Origin: Octopus vulgaris
Taxonomy: Eukaryota
NCBI GenBank assembly: GCA_951406725.2
Contig: OX597814.1
Location: 47,058,001 to 47,122,000 of the forward strand
DNA length: 64,000 nucleotides
Direction of reading: 5' to 3'
Every line of letters begins with the position of its first letter. Position 1 is the first letter of the stretch. Under the pieces are notes generated by a model. That model did no database searches. It saw only the letters and a program-made list of their open reading frames with translations, and had not been told where the DNA came from. The translations under genes and the position numbers were made by a program. Of this stretch, positions 1 to 12,142 are shown piece by piece.

Positions 1-298
1 AGTGCTAAGAGTGAACCAGCCACTATAAAGTCAGGCATCAGCCGTTTATATGAGGTCAGTAGTAGTAGAGTCGTTGTAGTTGTACGAGTCAGTGTCAGTT
101 ATGTGTGATATACGAGTTCGAGTTATCGTCAAGGTAGACGTTTCAAAGTCATTGTTGTCTTGCGGAGCTATCAGCGATAGCACGATAGACGGGTCAAAGA
201 TAATTAGACGTAGAATACCGCCACAATATATTAGTGGCGACAAGAATATTACAGTACTGACAGCAACATACAAGTGGACGAGGATCCACATCGTAACA
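1..298 (+). repeat. 5' LTR (partial)
   Basis: Aligns by eye to 3369-3868 once the SINE is removed; ends TCGTAACA just before the PBS. Confidence 0.9.
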
Positions 299-299
299 G

Positions 300-312
300 T
301 GGTGACGAGGAT
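300..312 (+). promoter_or_regulatory. Primer-binding site complementary to the tRNA-Ser(GCU) 3' end
   Basis: TGGTGACGAGGAT, one mismatch to TGGCGACGAGGAT (tRNA-Ser-GCT 3' end, recalled), 1 nt after the LTR end. Confidence 0.8.
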
Positions 313-481
313 ATAAACAATTCATGTGGACAACGTTGGAAAACAAAAACATTATTTTCACGAGAAAATAAACAATTCACGCGGACGACGTTGAAAACTT
401 TTCACGTGGAGAAATTAAAAACTCGACAGAGGAGTAACAAACATTTTTATAGTATATATTTTACGAAAAATCCGTAAAACT

Positions 482-3250
482 ATGGAAAACTTGTTAGAGG
501 ATTTAGTTGAACTGCAAAAAACAGCAACAACAACAACTCAGAGAACAAGAACAGCAACAAATGTTACAGCAGCAATTGCTACAACTAATGAAGTTGGTAA
601 CAAAACTGGAAAATACGTTTTCATCAGACTATGTAGCAAATTTAGTAAATGAATTTAAATATGACCAGGAAGAAGGAATCAATATCGAGGCATATCACCG
701 AATATCTGCACACATTTTTGAAAAAGACTGGAAAGGCGAAATGAAAATGCGCCTAATTCTGAAGAAACTGGCGACGATAGAACATAAGAAATACTGTAAC
801 TTTATATTACATAAAAAAGTTTCTGACATAAATTTCACGGACACAATTGACATTTTATGGAAAATTTTCAGGGAAAAAACATCGTTATTCAACACACGTT
901 GGAAGTTTTTAAAGACGGAGGAAAGCGATAACGAAGACGTTATCACATATGCAGGTAGATTGAACAGAGAGTGCGAGAGATTTAAAGTGGATAAACTAAC
1001 TCCAGACTCGTTCAAGTGCCTGCTTTTGTACAAGGGCTTACTGCTAAAAGGGACGCAGAGTAAAAGTGGTACCTGCCATATTCCAACAAGTGATGGACGC
1101 AATGTTAAATGATTGCGGTTTCGCTATCGCTTATCTCAATGATATTTTGATAAAGAGTGAGTCAGTGGAGCAACACTTTGACTTATTAAAAAAGTATTCG
1201 GAAAAATAAATGAATATGAGTTTAGACTAACAGGGGAAAAGTACGAATTTTTGATGAAAAAAATTAAATATTTAGGTCAAGTAATTGACGAAAGCGGGGA
1301 GCGGGGAGCGGGGCGAAGGCCAGACCTATCAAGCGCGACAGTAATACGGAATAGGCCTTCCTCAAGGAACGTCAAATTGTTACAAGCATTTTTAGGCTTG
1401 GTAAACTACTATCAAGTATATTATCCCAAACGTCATACAACACAACTAAATGAGCTGTTAAAAAAGCATGTCAAATGGTTTTGGTCAGAAAAATGCTAGA
1501 AGGCATTTGAGGAACTAAAAAACATGTTAACTTCAGACTTGACGCTTGGAAACGATACTGGCAAGAGATGCTAGTGAGTATGGGGTAGGTGCCGTACTCC
1601 TATACAAATATGAAGATGGCAGCCAAAAGGCCATAGCTCAAGCGTCAAGGACGCTATTGCCAGCGGAAAAACATTATAGCCAAATTGAAAAAGAGGCATT
1701 GGCGATTATATTTGGCATAAAAAAGTTCCACAGGTTTATACATGGTAAACGGTTTAGACTACAAACAGACCATCGCCCGTTGCTAACGATTTATGATCCA
1801 AGAAAGGAATTCCTGTACATAGAGCAAACAGATTGCAGCGAGGGGGAATCATACTATTAAACCACGACTACGCAATGGTATATTTACCTTCGAAAAAGCT
1901 AGGACATGCTGACGGCCTATCCAGGTTAATACCCAGAAATAGCGAACCATTCATAGACCCAGTAAAAGCAACCCTAAGAGCCGAAGGGCAAATTAAACAC
2001 ATAATGTGGAACATTATACAAGAGTTAACAATAATTTTGGAGGAGATAAAGCGACACGCGTCAAAAGATAAGTTCATAAATGGAACAAAAGAAAAATAAC
2101 AATGGGTAGCTAAAGAAAACAAAAATAGGTTCGGTAAGAAAAGACAGCAGCAGGTAAATATATATTCAATATGCGACAGCGTACTTATGTATGGCCAAAG
2201 GGTAGTGATACCTGAAACTTTACAAAAAAGAATGTTGAAAGAATTCCATACTGGACATCCGGGGATCGTAAGGATGAAAGCGCTTATGCGCAGTTATATG
2301 TATTGGTCGAAGATGGACAAGGAAGTTGAAAACGTAATAAAAGGCTGCAGAGGATGTGCTCTGGCAGCGAAATTGGCAACTAAAAAATGGGAGCCTTGGC
2401 TAGAAGTAAAAAGTCCATGGTCAAGACTACATATCGATTTTGCGGTTCCGTTAAATGGTTATTACTACCTAGTAGTAGTTGACAATTTTACAGAAATTGT
2501 TAAGTGCAAAAGACCAACCTCCGAAACGGTATCAAAGTTTTTGCACGAATTATTCGCAAGATTTGGCATCCAAGATGTGATTGTACCGGATAGTGGAACG
2601 TCATTTGTGTCCAGTGAATTTAGAAAATTCTGCGAAATGTTCACGGTAGAACATAAAACGATAGCGCTTTACCACCCCAGATCAAATGGACAGGCAGAGC
2701 GGTTTGTTGACACTTTTAATAGAGCTTTAAGAAAAGCAATCAAGGAAGTTACTGACGAAGTCGCTCTGCAGCAATTCCTAAGGGTGTAAATGGTGACATC
2801 GAATCCCAATACACCAGTAGAAAACTCACCAGCAGAACTGATGTTCGCAAGGAATGTGAAACCAATTTTTGATAAACTGTTACTTGGTGAGGAAAGAAAG
2901 AGCGTCACGAAAGACATATCAAAGTTTTTCAAAATTGGTGATAAGATGTACATGAGGTCGTATAAAAGAGAAGGCGAAATTTCAAAGTACATAGGGAAAA
3001 TGATGTACGAGATAAAGAGCAAAAAAAGGTATTGAAAAAGTCACAGAAACCAATTAAAGAAGAGATTCATAGAAAATGAACCAGACAGATTGAGAGAACC
3101 TATGAAATGGCTACATGACACATTACAGGTACCAACACCGTTACAGGTAGTTGAACCCGCGCATACTAGTGGAAGAATAAGGAAGAACACAGAGTTCCTA
3201 CAATTAAACGCCAAAAAGAAAAAAATATAAAGTTGAAAAGAGGCACGCTA
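482..3250 (+). pseudogene. Frameshifted gag-pol remnants (gag N-part, RT C-part, RNase H, integrase)
   Basis: ORFs 507-1112, 1251-1499, 1546-1860, 1833-2099, 2187-2789 and 2790-3035 are pieces of one polyprotein. The RT motif reads AYLNDILI (YLDD decayed). Confidence 0.9.
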
Positions 3251-3311
3251 AAAAGGGAGCAGGGGTGAATAAAATAAAATAAAATTACTTGCTTTCCCAA
3301 AGAAAGAGAGA

Positions 3312-3868
3312 TGTTGCAATGAAATGGTACACTCATTCGCACGTGACAAGTGGTATGAGTCAACTAGTCACTATAAAGTCAGGCATCAGCCGTTTGTAGG
3401 AGGCCAGAAGTAGTAGAGTCGTTGTATGAATCAGGGTCAGTCACGTGTGATATACGAGTTCGAGTTATCGTCAAGGTAGACGTTTCAAAGTCATTGTCTT
3501 GCGGAGCTATCAGCGATAGCACGATTGACGGGTCAAAGATAATCCTTTCTATTATAGACACAAGGCCTGACATTTGGGTGAGGTGGATGGACGATTACAT
3601 CGACTCCAGTACTCAACTAGTACTTAATTTATCAACCCCGAAAGGATGAAAGACAAAGTCGACCTCGGCGGAATTTGAACTCAGAACGTAGCGGCAGATA
3701 AAATACTGCTAAGCATTTCGCCCGGCGTGCTAACGATTCTGCCAGCTGGCTGCCTTAGACGGGTCAAAGACAATAAGACGTGGAATACCGCCACAACATA
3801 ATAATGGCGACAAGAATATTAGAGTGCCGACAGCAACATAGAAGTGGACAAGGACTCACGTTATAACA
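3312..3868 (+). repeat. 3' LTR, interrupted by a SINE
   Basis: Starts TG after the polypurine tract AGAAAGAGAGA, ends TTATAACA, and matches the 5' LTR on both sides of the insert. Confidence 0.9.
3544..3757 (-). mobile_element. tRNA-derived SINE family A with 17-bp TSD
   Basis: Matches other family A copies; flanked by GACGGGTCAAAGATAAT (3527-3543) and GACGGGTCAAAGACAAT (3758-3774). Confidence 0.93.
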
Positions 3869-4392
3869 ATGATAAAGGCTGTGAAACGATCGTCGTTGTA
3901 TGGATGTCATTTGGTGGAATAAATTTTTCATCTTACACTTTCTCTCTTTCTTTATATTTTATACACTCCTAATATAATAATAATTACCAATTGGATTTAC
4001 TGGATTTCAACTGTATTGGCCTATTCATTACATCTCTTTGTTTTGTTTTGGTTTACTATAAAGAATTTCGACAACTTTCAAGAGATCCACTTAAAAGCGT
4101 TGGTAATCGCCTTACGTTTTGATAGACTTCGTTGTCTGATACAAAATCATACCAATGGTTTCATGCCGAGAAAATTTTCACAATTTTCAAGCGATCCGCT
4201 TAAAAATATTGGTAATCGCTTTGATTTTGTATGAGAGCATGTAGTCCACCCAAAGGGAAAGGGATTACCAGCGCTTTTAAGCAATGGGTAGCTTGAAAAT
4301 TGTGGAAATCCTTTCCATATGAAAGCATTGAAATATAGAATATTTATCCTCCAAATGCAATCCTGAGCGCTCATTCTCACTGTTCGATACAA

Positions 4393-4489
4393 TTGTGTGA
4401 GTATGTGCGTGCGTGCATGCGTATGTGTGCATCTGTGCGTGTGTGAATATGTGTGTATGTTTGTATGTGCGTGAGTGTGTGTGTGTGTA

Positions 4490-4582
<93 letters not shown>
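4393..4582. repeat. (TG)n microsatellite, representative of dozens of (TG)n, (TA)n, (TATG)n, (AG)n and (AAT)n tracts
   Basis: Directly visible tandem repeat. Confidence 0.98.
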
Positions 4583-4584
<2 letters not shown>

Positions 4585-4934
4585 GTGTATATTTATCTAT
4601 GTATCAGATTCATTTAAAAGTAATTTGTAAGTTTGCAAACTGACAACTCATTTTGAAATATAAACAAAAATACTAAATTTGAAATGGATTTACTAATTTA
4701 CAATTGTTTTCATATTTACCTTTTTTCTATAACAAATGTCTTATTCTCTGCCTCTGTTTCTATCTTTCGATCTCACTTTGTGTGTGTGAGTGTGTATGTG
4801 TGTGTATATGTGTGTGTGTGTATGTGCGTGCGTGTATGTGTGCGTGTGCAGCGTTCCTTTACTATCAGCCAACCAGGAAGTCTAACATATGTACTCATCC
4901 TGCACTTATGATAATTGTCTCTGTGTTTGTCTTT

Positions 4935-4979
<45 letters not shown>

Positions 4980-5699
4980 CTCTATATGAAGTAATGCGTG
5001 GCTGGAGAAATCAACCAGCATTTATATCGGCTATTATTAAGCACACGTACTTTCAACTTCAACACAACAACGTCTACTGGAACGCAACATTTTCAACGTC
5101 CATTTACTCAAAGAGAAAAATAAAAAGACTAGCCACGTCATTCAGATATACAAGCTGAAACAAAAATACTAACAACCCAATTTAAAAACTGAAAACCGTA
5201 TGGAATGCCGTGTAGAACCATAAAATTGTTCTATGCGTAAGCCGTGTAGAACAATAAAAGATTACATAAACAACTATTTACTTAACCCTAACGCAGATTA
5301 ATATGCCCCGCCAATATGAATCGGATATAGTTTGCAAGCACATCCTCGACTTCGTTAACCTCAAGAACTGAGTGCAGTGGAACAACAACAGCGCCGTATC
5401 ATGGAAGGTGAAGCGCTTTTGGGATTCCCTTTATTTTCTTTTGTAGAATTTTAACATTTACCATTTAATCCTTTTAACATTTAAATATTTTCTGAAAGCC
5501 TTAGAATTCAGAAAAATATTCATTACATTTGCATGTCTATCACTAGAATAATTATGAATGCAACGATGTCATTCTTGTTTCCTGACAACTTGTTCTGGGG
5601 GTCAGAAATGAAAGCAAAGAACTTTTCAGTATTTCCAAGAAAGTTTAAATGGAAATTTCCGAATTAAACAACTTGCGTATTTTAGGAACTACGAAAAGT

Positions 5700-6077
5700 C
5701 ATGCAAGTTGTAAAGTCATAGAATTACCAAGGACAATTATCAAGCACCTCCTACAAGATGAATAGACAAAATATGTGCAAATTTACAAAAGAATTGATAA
5801 GCATTCCATCTAAGTTTTCAAACAAATATACTGGAAATCACATTCGGCACGAAGTTTGAAACGTTAATCTTTTGGAAATAATATGAAATATGACCACAAA
5901 TAAATATCACCTCGACAGGGAATCCTAATGAAGACAATTATGCAAACAAAAACTTCAATCATAAAACAGCTAGTAGATAACGCAAATAAAGGAATTTTTC
6001 ATCTGTTATCTATGCAACCAAGCTGCCTCCCACTATAATGATGCATAATCATGAACTAACTCTAGATAAAATCTAGA

Positions 6078-6146
<69 letters not shown>

Positions 6147-6455
6147 GAAATATTAAAATTACTAAGTCTCTCTAAAGGAGATTACGGCAGCGTTACTGGA
6201 TATTAATAGTTATCGCCATACTAATATGGCAGTCTATAAATATAAGCTAAAGCTGTCGCTGATTAGCTCCAAGAGGCCATCGCCTCTAGCTAGCTATATG
6301 ACACACGAACCTGCGTCCATTACAACCTTCGAACAGGGGAGGTCAGCCGCTTCACCTTGCTAGTCAGACATCTGCAGACATGTTTCAGAGTTGTTGCCCT
6401 TTATCAATGCAGCGTAGTCAGAACCAGCAGGTGTCGCTACTAACCGTCTGTTCGA

Positions 6456-6491
<36 letters not shown>

Positions 6492-6700
6492 AAAGTCACG
6501 CAAAATAGCAGACCTAGGAAGAGACATATCATAGGATTTAATTCACTGCTTGTAGCAGAACAACTAAGAACTTTGCATTCTTTATAAGTAATCATTTTCC
6601 ACTCACACATAGGTACCATAAATTATTTAATGAGAACAACAGAAATTAGCTACAGTGGCTTTGAAGGCAACGTTTCCTGACTATCATTGTGATCTATAAT
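5700..6700 (+). pseudogene. Highly decayed Penelope-like element ORF remnant
   Basis: 6510-6660 translates to RPRKRHIIGFN...HFPLTHRYHKLFNENN / ISYS, resembling the PLE RT-to-GIY-YIG linker (RKRNIIWFNPP...HFP..H.LHKIFN....SYS). Boundaries are approximate. Confidence 0.55.
6373..6411 (-). ncRNA. Degenerate minimal type-I hammerhead motif inside a (TA)n-flanked element (~6145-6460)
   Basis: Minus strand: tgca-TTGATAA-agggcaacaactct-GAAA-catg-TC-tgca; palindromic stem III ACATGT; core has two substitutions from CTGATGA. Confidence 0.55.
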
Positions 6701-7437
6701 ATTCACTCAGTAATTTCTCACTTCACATCAAGAATAACATCTGCTTAAAAAGGACTGCATAGGGATAGCAGGGAATACCCTCAAGATGAGATAAACACAT
6801 CACACTCATCCCTTTAGAATTAGGGGTAGAATTATTCCACCAATGAATTGAAAATTGAAGGAGTGTGAAATCAATTACGTCCCAATAAACAAGAATATCT
6901 CGGAAACTGTCTCAGTTTATTCCAAGCTGATGGACCTTGTGCTTCACTGTAAAATTCTACATCCAAATGCAAACATCTACGATGCTAAACAAGAAATGTG
7001 AGATAAGTACTAATGACTGACATTGGTAAAAAGTTTTGTTAGTCATTCCAAGCTTCAAGTTTGAGACACCAGCACGAACATATGAATTTTTAACTTCTTA
7101 GATATAGCATTAAATACAACACCGGGCAAATATCACCTCTACAATCACAGATCGTTGACCACTTCAGTAAATTCTGAACGTTTCCCTGGTTACATAGATA
7201 TTTTGAATGCTTTAACAGTTTTCTTCCCGTATTGAACACTTCGTCGACAATCTGACTAAAGATGACCAATGAAAAACGATTTAACCATTGCATGTGTCTC
7301 CACAACCTGATCAAAAATGTTCAGCCAAATTTTTATCGCCCAACGTATTGAGGATACAGAGAAAATTGAGCTGAAGTGGAATGTGTGCTCAACTTCAAAC
7401 AAATGTCTACTACATGTATTAAGTACTTACATTCTTC

Positions 7438-7805
7438 TGTGGGCCTTTGTACGTAAGTTTGCTTCCCAACCACATGGTTCTGTGTTCAGTCCCACTGCGT
7501 AGCACCTTGGGTAAGAGTCTTCTACAATAGCCTCAGGCTAACGAAAGCCTTGTGAGTAGATTTGGTAGACAGAAATTGAAAGAAGCCCGTCATATACTCT
7601 TTACTCTTTTCTCTTTTCATTGTTTCAGTCATTTGACTGCGGCCATGCTGGAGTACCGCCTTTAGTCGAGCAAATCGACCCAGGACTTATTCGTTGTAAG
7701 CCTAGTACTTATTCTATCGGTCTCTTTTACCGCTAAGTTACGGGGATCGGTTGCCAAGCGATGTTGGGAGGATAAACACAAACATATACACACATATACA
7801 TACAT

Positions 7806-7882
<77 letters not shown>

Positions 7883-8046
7883 TATACGACGGGCTTCTTT
7901 CAGTTTCCGTCTACCAAATCCACTCACAAGGCTTTGGTCGGGCCGAGGCTATAGTAGAATTCACTTGCCCAAGGTGCCACGCAGTGGGACTGAACCCGTA
8001 ACCATGGGGTTCGTAAGTAAGCTATCTATCTACAGCCACTCCTACG

Positions 8047-8099
<53 letters not shown>

Positions 8100-8318
8100 G
8101 TGTGTGTGTATGTATCTGTGTCTGTGCTTGTCCCCCACCACCACAGCCGGTGTTGGTGTGTTTGCGTCCCCGTGACTTAGCTGTTCGACAAAAGAGACCG
8201 ATAGAATAAGTACCAGGCTTAAAATATGAGTGCTGGGTTCGATTCATTCGATTAAAAACTCAATGCGGTGCTCCAGAATGGCCGTCGTGTAATGATTGAA
8301 ATAAGTAAAAGATAAAAG
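7438..8318 (+). mobile_element. SINE family B (tRNA head, CORE-like segment, internal microsatellite, tail) split by a nested antisense copy
   Basis: Head at 7438-7595 and tail at ~8100-8318 match the intact copy at 23298-23690. Confidence 0.85.
7598..8048 (-). mobile_element. SINE family B, full length, nested in the previous copy
   Basis: Reverse complement of the family B sequence (GTGGCTGT...AGCTT...GGTTCAGTCCCACTGCGTGGCACCTTGGGCAAGTG). Confidence 0.9.
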
Positions 8319-8349
<31 letters not shown>

Positions 8350-8631
8350 TGTATGTATGTATGTATGTATGTATGTATGTATGTATGTATGTATACACGT
8401 ACGCACACAATACACGTACACACTTGCGCATGAGTTTCTGCTTCAGTAAACATCATCAGCATAGCAGCTTTCCTGTATTATCTCCAGCAAAGGTGTCTCT
8501 AGTGTTGAACGCATATATGACCCAGATAATTGTGTAAATGAAACGAAATGAGCTATCAGAAGTAACTCAGAGTAGTCAGTGGCATGCATAAATAGGAGCG
8601 TTTGTGTGTGTGTGTGTGTGTTTGTGCGTGC

Positions 8632-8662
<31 letters not shown>

Positions 8663-8698
8663 CATACGTATGTACGAATACGCCCAGAAACTAATTCA

Positions 8699-9096
8699 TC
8701 TATATCTTTATATATAAAAGTGAAGTTGTGTGTCTGTCTCCTACGATTTAGATTCCTAACTACTCCCACATTTTGCGGTGCAGTTTAACCAAAACCGGGT
8801 ATCTTATAGTCGTGATTCATATCGAGCCCTTCTGGGTATTAGCGCGCATCTACGATGAGTCTACGATTTAAAAAAAATTTACCATCAATTTTTCCCATTT
8901 TTAATGCATTTTTGGCATATATAAGGGAAGTAACTCTCTAAAAATTTATTATTAAATCTCAGAACGTAAAAAGCTACAGTAACACCCCCTCTTTGTGGTT
9001 AGCCATATTGAGATGGCTATTATACTTTACATCTCTAAAAATGCTTTATATAGTTATTTCCCTTACAAACCCGAGCAACGCCGGGCGATACTGCTA

Positions 9097-9097
<1 letters not shown>
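8699..9097 (+). mobile_element. Non-autonomous Helitron
   Basis: Inserted between A and T, 5' TC, subterminal GC hairpin CCCGAGCAACGCCGGG, 3' CTAG, no TSD. Confidence 0.8.
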
Positions 9098-9159
<62 letters not shown>

Positions 9160-9762
9160 TCTAAATATATTAGGTGTTTTCTACATACACTCTGTATTGT
9201 GTGGATTTTTCAAAGGTTTTCTTCTGTTATTTATTATCCATGTAAGCGCGTTTCATTACACTGAACATCTAGTGTTTATTGAGTTCTATTATGACAAAAT
9301 TTTCGTTACCAGCAAACTCTTGGGAATGCGTTTTATTCCACCAATATCGCGTGTTAAGTTCCTATGTGTGTGCGTGCGAGTTTGTGTGACCGTGTGTTTA
9401 AGTTTATTGCTTTACAACCGCTTTTTCTATGGGTCGGATTGTTCTTTGTTAGCATTATTGTGTTTAGAATCCGTTCTACTTATAAACGAATTAACCGTCA
9501 AGTAGGTGTGGACCCAGTTCTTTTTCCTCTCGTTCAGACAAAATCGAGTAAAAATAGTTATACGCGTATGAGTGCACACGCACAAATACGTTTATATTTA
9601 GTTTTATATTATCTTTTAGATGTAAAAGAAAGCATTTTAACTCGAATTAAGGAGTGATGATTAAGAAAACTTTATTGAGGTTTATCTAAGTGCTATTTAA
9701 AAACACCATAAGAGGATTAACACTTATACACGCATACATACATACATACATACATACATACA

Positions 9763-9794
<32 letters not shown>

Positions 9795-9896
9795 CATGTT
9801 TGCATATATGTGTGTGCGTAAGTACATAGATTTGAAAAAATTAACACACACATACACACATATGTATATATGTATATATATATATATGTATATATG

Positions 9897-9971
<75 letters not shown>

Positions 9972-10176
9972 CAATATATATATCAGAGCGATTATAAACA
10001 TATATAACATATCGTGATATATTTGCCATTTGAATATGGCTAACCCCTAAGGGTGGATGCTACTGTAGTTTGTAGCCCCAGGAAGACACCTCCTCCAGGT
10101 GGCTATAGACACACTTTCTGTGCCCTATCAGTATTTGTGAAGGGAAATCATCCTTCCCATCTTCAACTTATGATAC

Positions 10177-10219
10177 ACACGGACTCGAGTTTCAAGGTAT
10201 TGACCCATCATCGGCGTGT
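10177..10219 (-). ncRNA. Minimal type-I hammerhead motif at the tip of a long hairpin (10121-10273)
   Basis: Minus strand: acacg-CCGATGA-tgggtcaatacctt-GAAA-ctcgag-TC-cgtgt; perfect 5-bp stem I and palindromic stem III ACTCGAGT. Confidence 0.7.
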
Positions 10220-10492
10220 TGAAGATGGGAAGGATGGGAAGGATGACTTCCCTTCACAAATACTGATAGGGCAACTCGTTAGGCCGAAAGTACCTTAATT
10301 ATATGAAGATTACACTTTCGTTAATTTTTTCAGTATATTGAACTTCGATATAAGAAAAGTCTACAACCTTCGACGCCAATAAATTATTGTTGTTCCTGAA
10401 CGTTGTTTTTTTATACCTACCACGGACTGCTCGAAACGTACAAACCTCCTACACTCAGATCTTTGAATCTTATAATTACGCGCTCGCGCGTA

Positions 10493-10539
<47 letters not shown>

Positions 10540-10551
<12 letters not shown>

Positions 10552-11930
10552 TATAGTGATAACTACAGAGAGCAAAGAGCGTGACAGATTGTCTGCACAC
10601 ATCGTTGGTGGTGTGGTTCTCAGAACAGTATTTGGGACTGGTGAAGCTGTTGATGTTGTTGCTGTTTATATTTGTGTATATTCCTTTTGCCTGTCCAACC
10701 TTAGTGGAGATAGTTGTGTCTTTAGAGTTCTGTTGCATGTCCTGGTTGTTGTATATAGGTCTACGCTCTTGGAGGTGTTTATGAAGTGACAAGGACTGCA
10801 TGTACTGAAGTTGCTGCACCAAAAGACTAGCTTTTGTATGTCCAGATGGCTTTTCAGCTTTTGTGTTTTTGCTTCGTCGTGTCGTTGTGTCGTGGGTGTG
10901 AACTGTGGTTTTGCATAATGTGCTATTTTGTGTAGTTTATATGTTATCGTGGAGAAACTGGGGTCTCCAAGTATGACTAGAGTAATCCACAATAGACCCT
11001 AATAGATCTAATGTATTGTTTATACACCCACAAGGGTGCTAAACACAGAGAGGACAAACAAGGAGAGACAAACGGATTAAGTCGATTATATCGACCCCAG
11101 TGCGTAACTGGTACTTATTTAATTGACCCCGAAAGGATGAAAGGCAAAGTCGACCTCGCCGGAATTTGAACTCAGAACGTAACCGCAGACGAAATACTGC
11201 TAAGCATTTCGCCCGGCGTGCTAACGTTTCTGCCAGCTCGCCACTTTATACACCATTGTTGTTTGTTTTTGTTGTCTAATTGTGGTGCCTTGTACGTCGT
11301 TTTTCTTTCTCACCTATACTTTCTATGTGGATTGTGAATGTTGTGGAAGTGTGTCTTCTGAGTGTGATATATTTATGTTGTTGAGTTTGATAACCGGTTG
11401 TATTTGATGTTTTCTGGCGTTGCTAATAGAAAGAGGACACTGGATTTGGTAGGCGTAACGTTTGTAGTTGTAGAGTCATGTTTCGAAAGGATGTAAGTAG
11501 TACTGGAGTAGTTGTGTAGCAGTGTCTATAGAATGGCAGGTGGATGTGATTATGGCGTCATCTATGTATGAAAATGTTTCTAACTTTCGAGGAGGTATTG
11601 GAAGTTCGTGTAGGTATAGGTTGAAAAGCGTAAGCGAGGAGACAAATCATTGAGCTACTCCATTCAAGAAACGGCAAGTTCTGGAAATATTGTTGCTCCA
11701 CTCGAAATAGGCTTGGTCCCCTGACAAGTAGTTTGATAGCCAACGTTTTTCTCTTAAAGTGGTTTAAAAAATAGAGTCAAAAGCTTTTGAAATGTATGGG
11801 AAATTTTTGATCTTTAAAGCCATTATGTATTTTCTGCGTTTTAGATGGCGTGATTGTGGAGTGTAGAAGTCTCAATATGTTGTTGTGTTTTGAATAGTAG
11901 TATGTATAGATGAACGATGTAAAGTATTAA
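10540..11930 (-). pseudogene. Non-LTR retrotransposon RT and C-terminal remnant (I/Jockey/RTEX-like), interrupted by SINE A
   Basis: Minus strand translation: ISKAFDSI...KRWLSNYLSG...NGVAQ*FVSSLTLFNLYLHELP...SYIDD. Confidence 0.85.
11029..11244 (-). mobile_element. SINE family A with 10-bp TSD TTTATACACC
   Basis: Family A sequence; duplication at 11019-11028 and 11245-11254. Confidence 0.9.
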
Positions 11931-12142
11931 TCTTTTTACAGTTTTTTAGTGTGTACTTTCAAGTAGATACTGGTGAGTGCAGTGATTCTTTCAGGCCCTA
12001 GGTGTCATGAGATTATGTTTATGATAACTTATCTATCTCCTGAAGCTGCCCCTAAAACACATCTGTATGTTTTAACCGACACTAATTAGAGGCAGATAAC
12101 TGCTTTTGAAATCATCTGATGGAAGAAAAATAGTTTAAAATA

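Larger units (their letters stand above)
1..3868 (+). mobile_element. Degenerate, internally deleted Ty3/Gypsy (Mag-like) LTR retrotransposon; 5' LTR truncated by the window edge
   Basis: Direct repeats at 1-298 and 3312-3868 (TGTT...AACA ends), PBS at 300, purine tract at 3301-3311. Internal fragments are in Gypsy order: gag, RT, RNase H (DASEYGVGAVL, YSQIEKEALA, TDHRPL), integrase (H-H-C-C zinc finger, PWSRLHIDF, YHPRSNGQAERFV). Confidence 0.95.

Noticed and set aside
695-1102. Antisense ORFs over the retrotransposon (also 2669-3022)
   Set aside because: Shadow ORFs of gag-pol with no recognisable motifs.
5282-5292. Telomere-like TAACCCTAA
   Set aside because: Fewer than two units; not an array.
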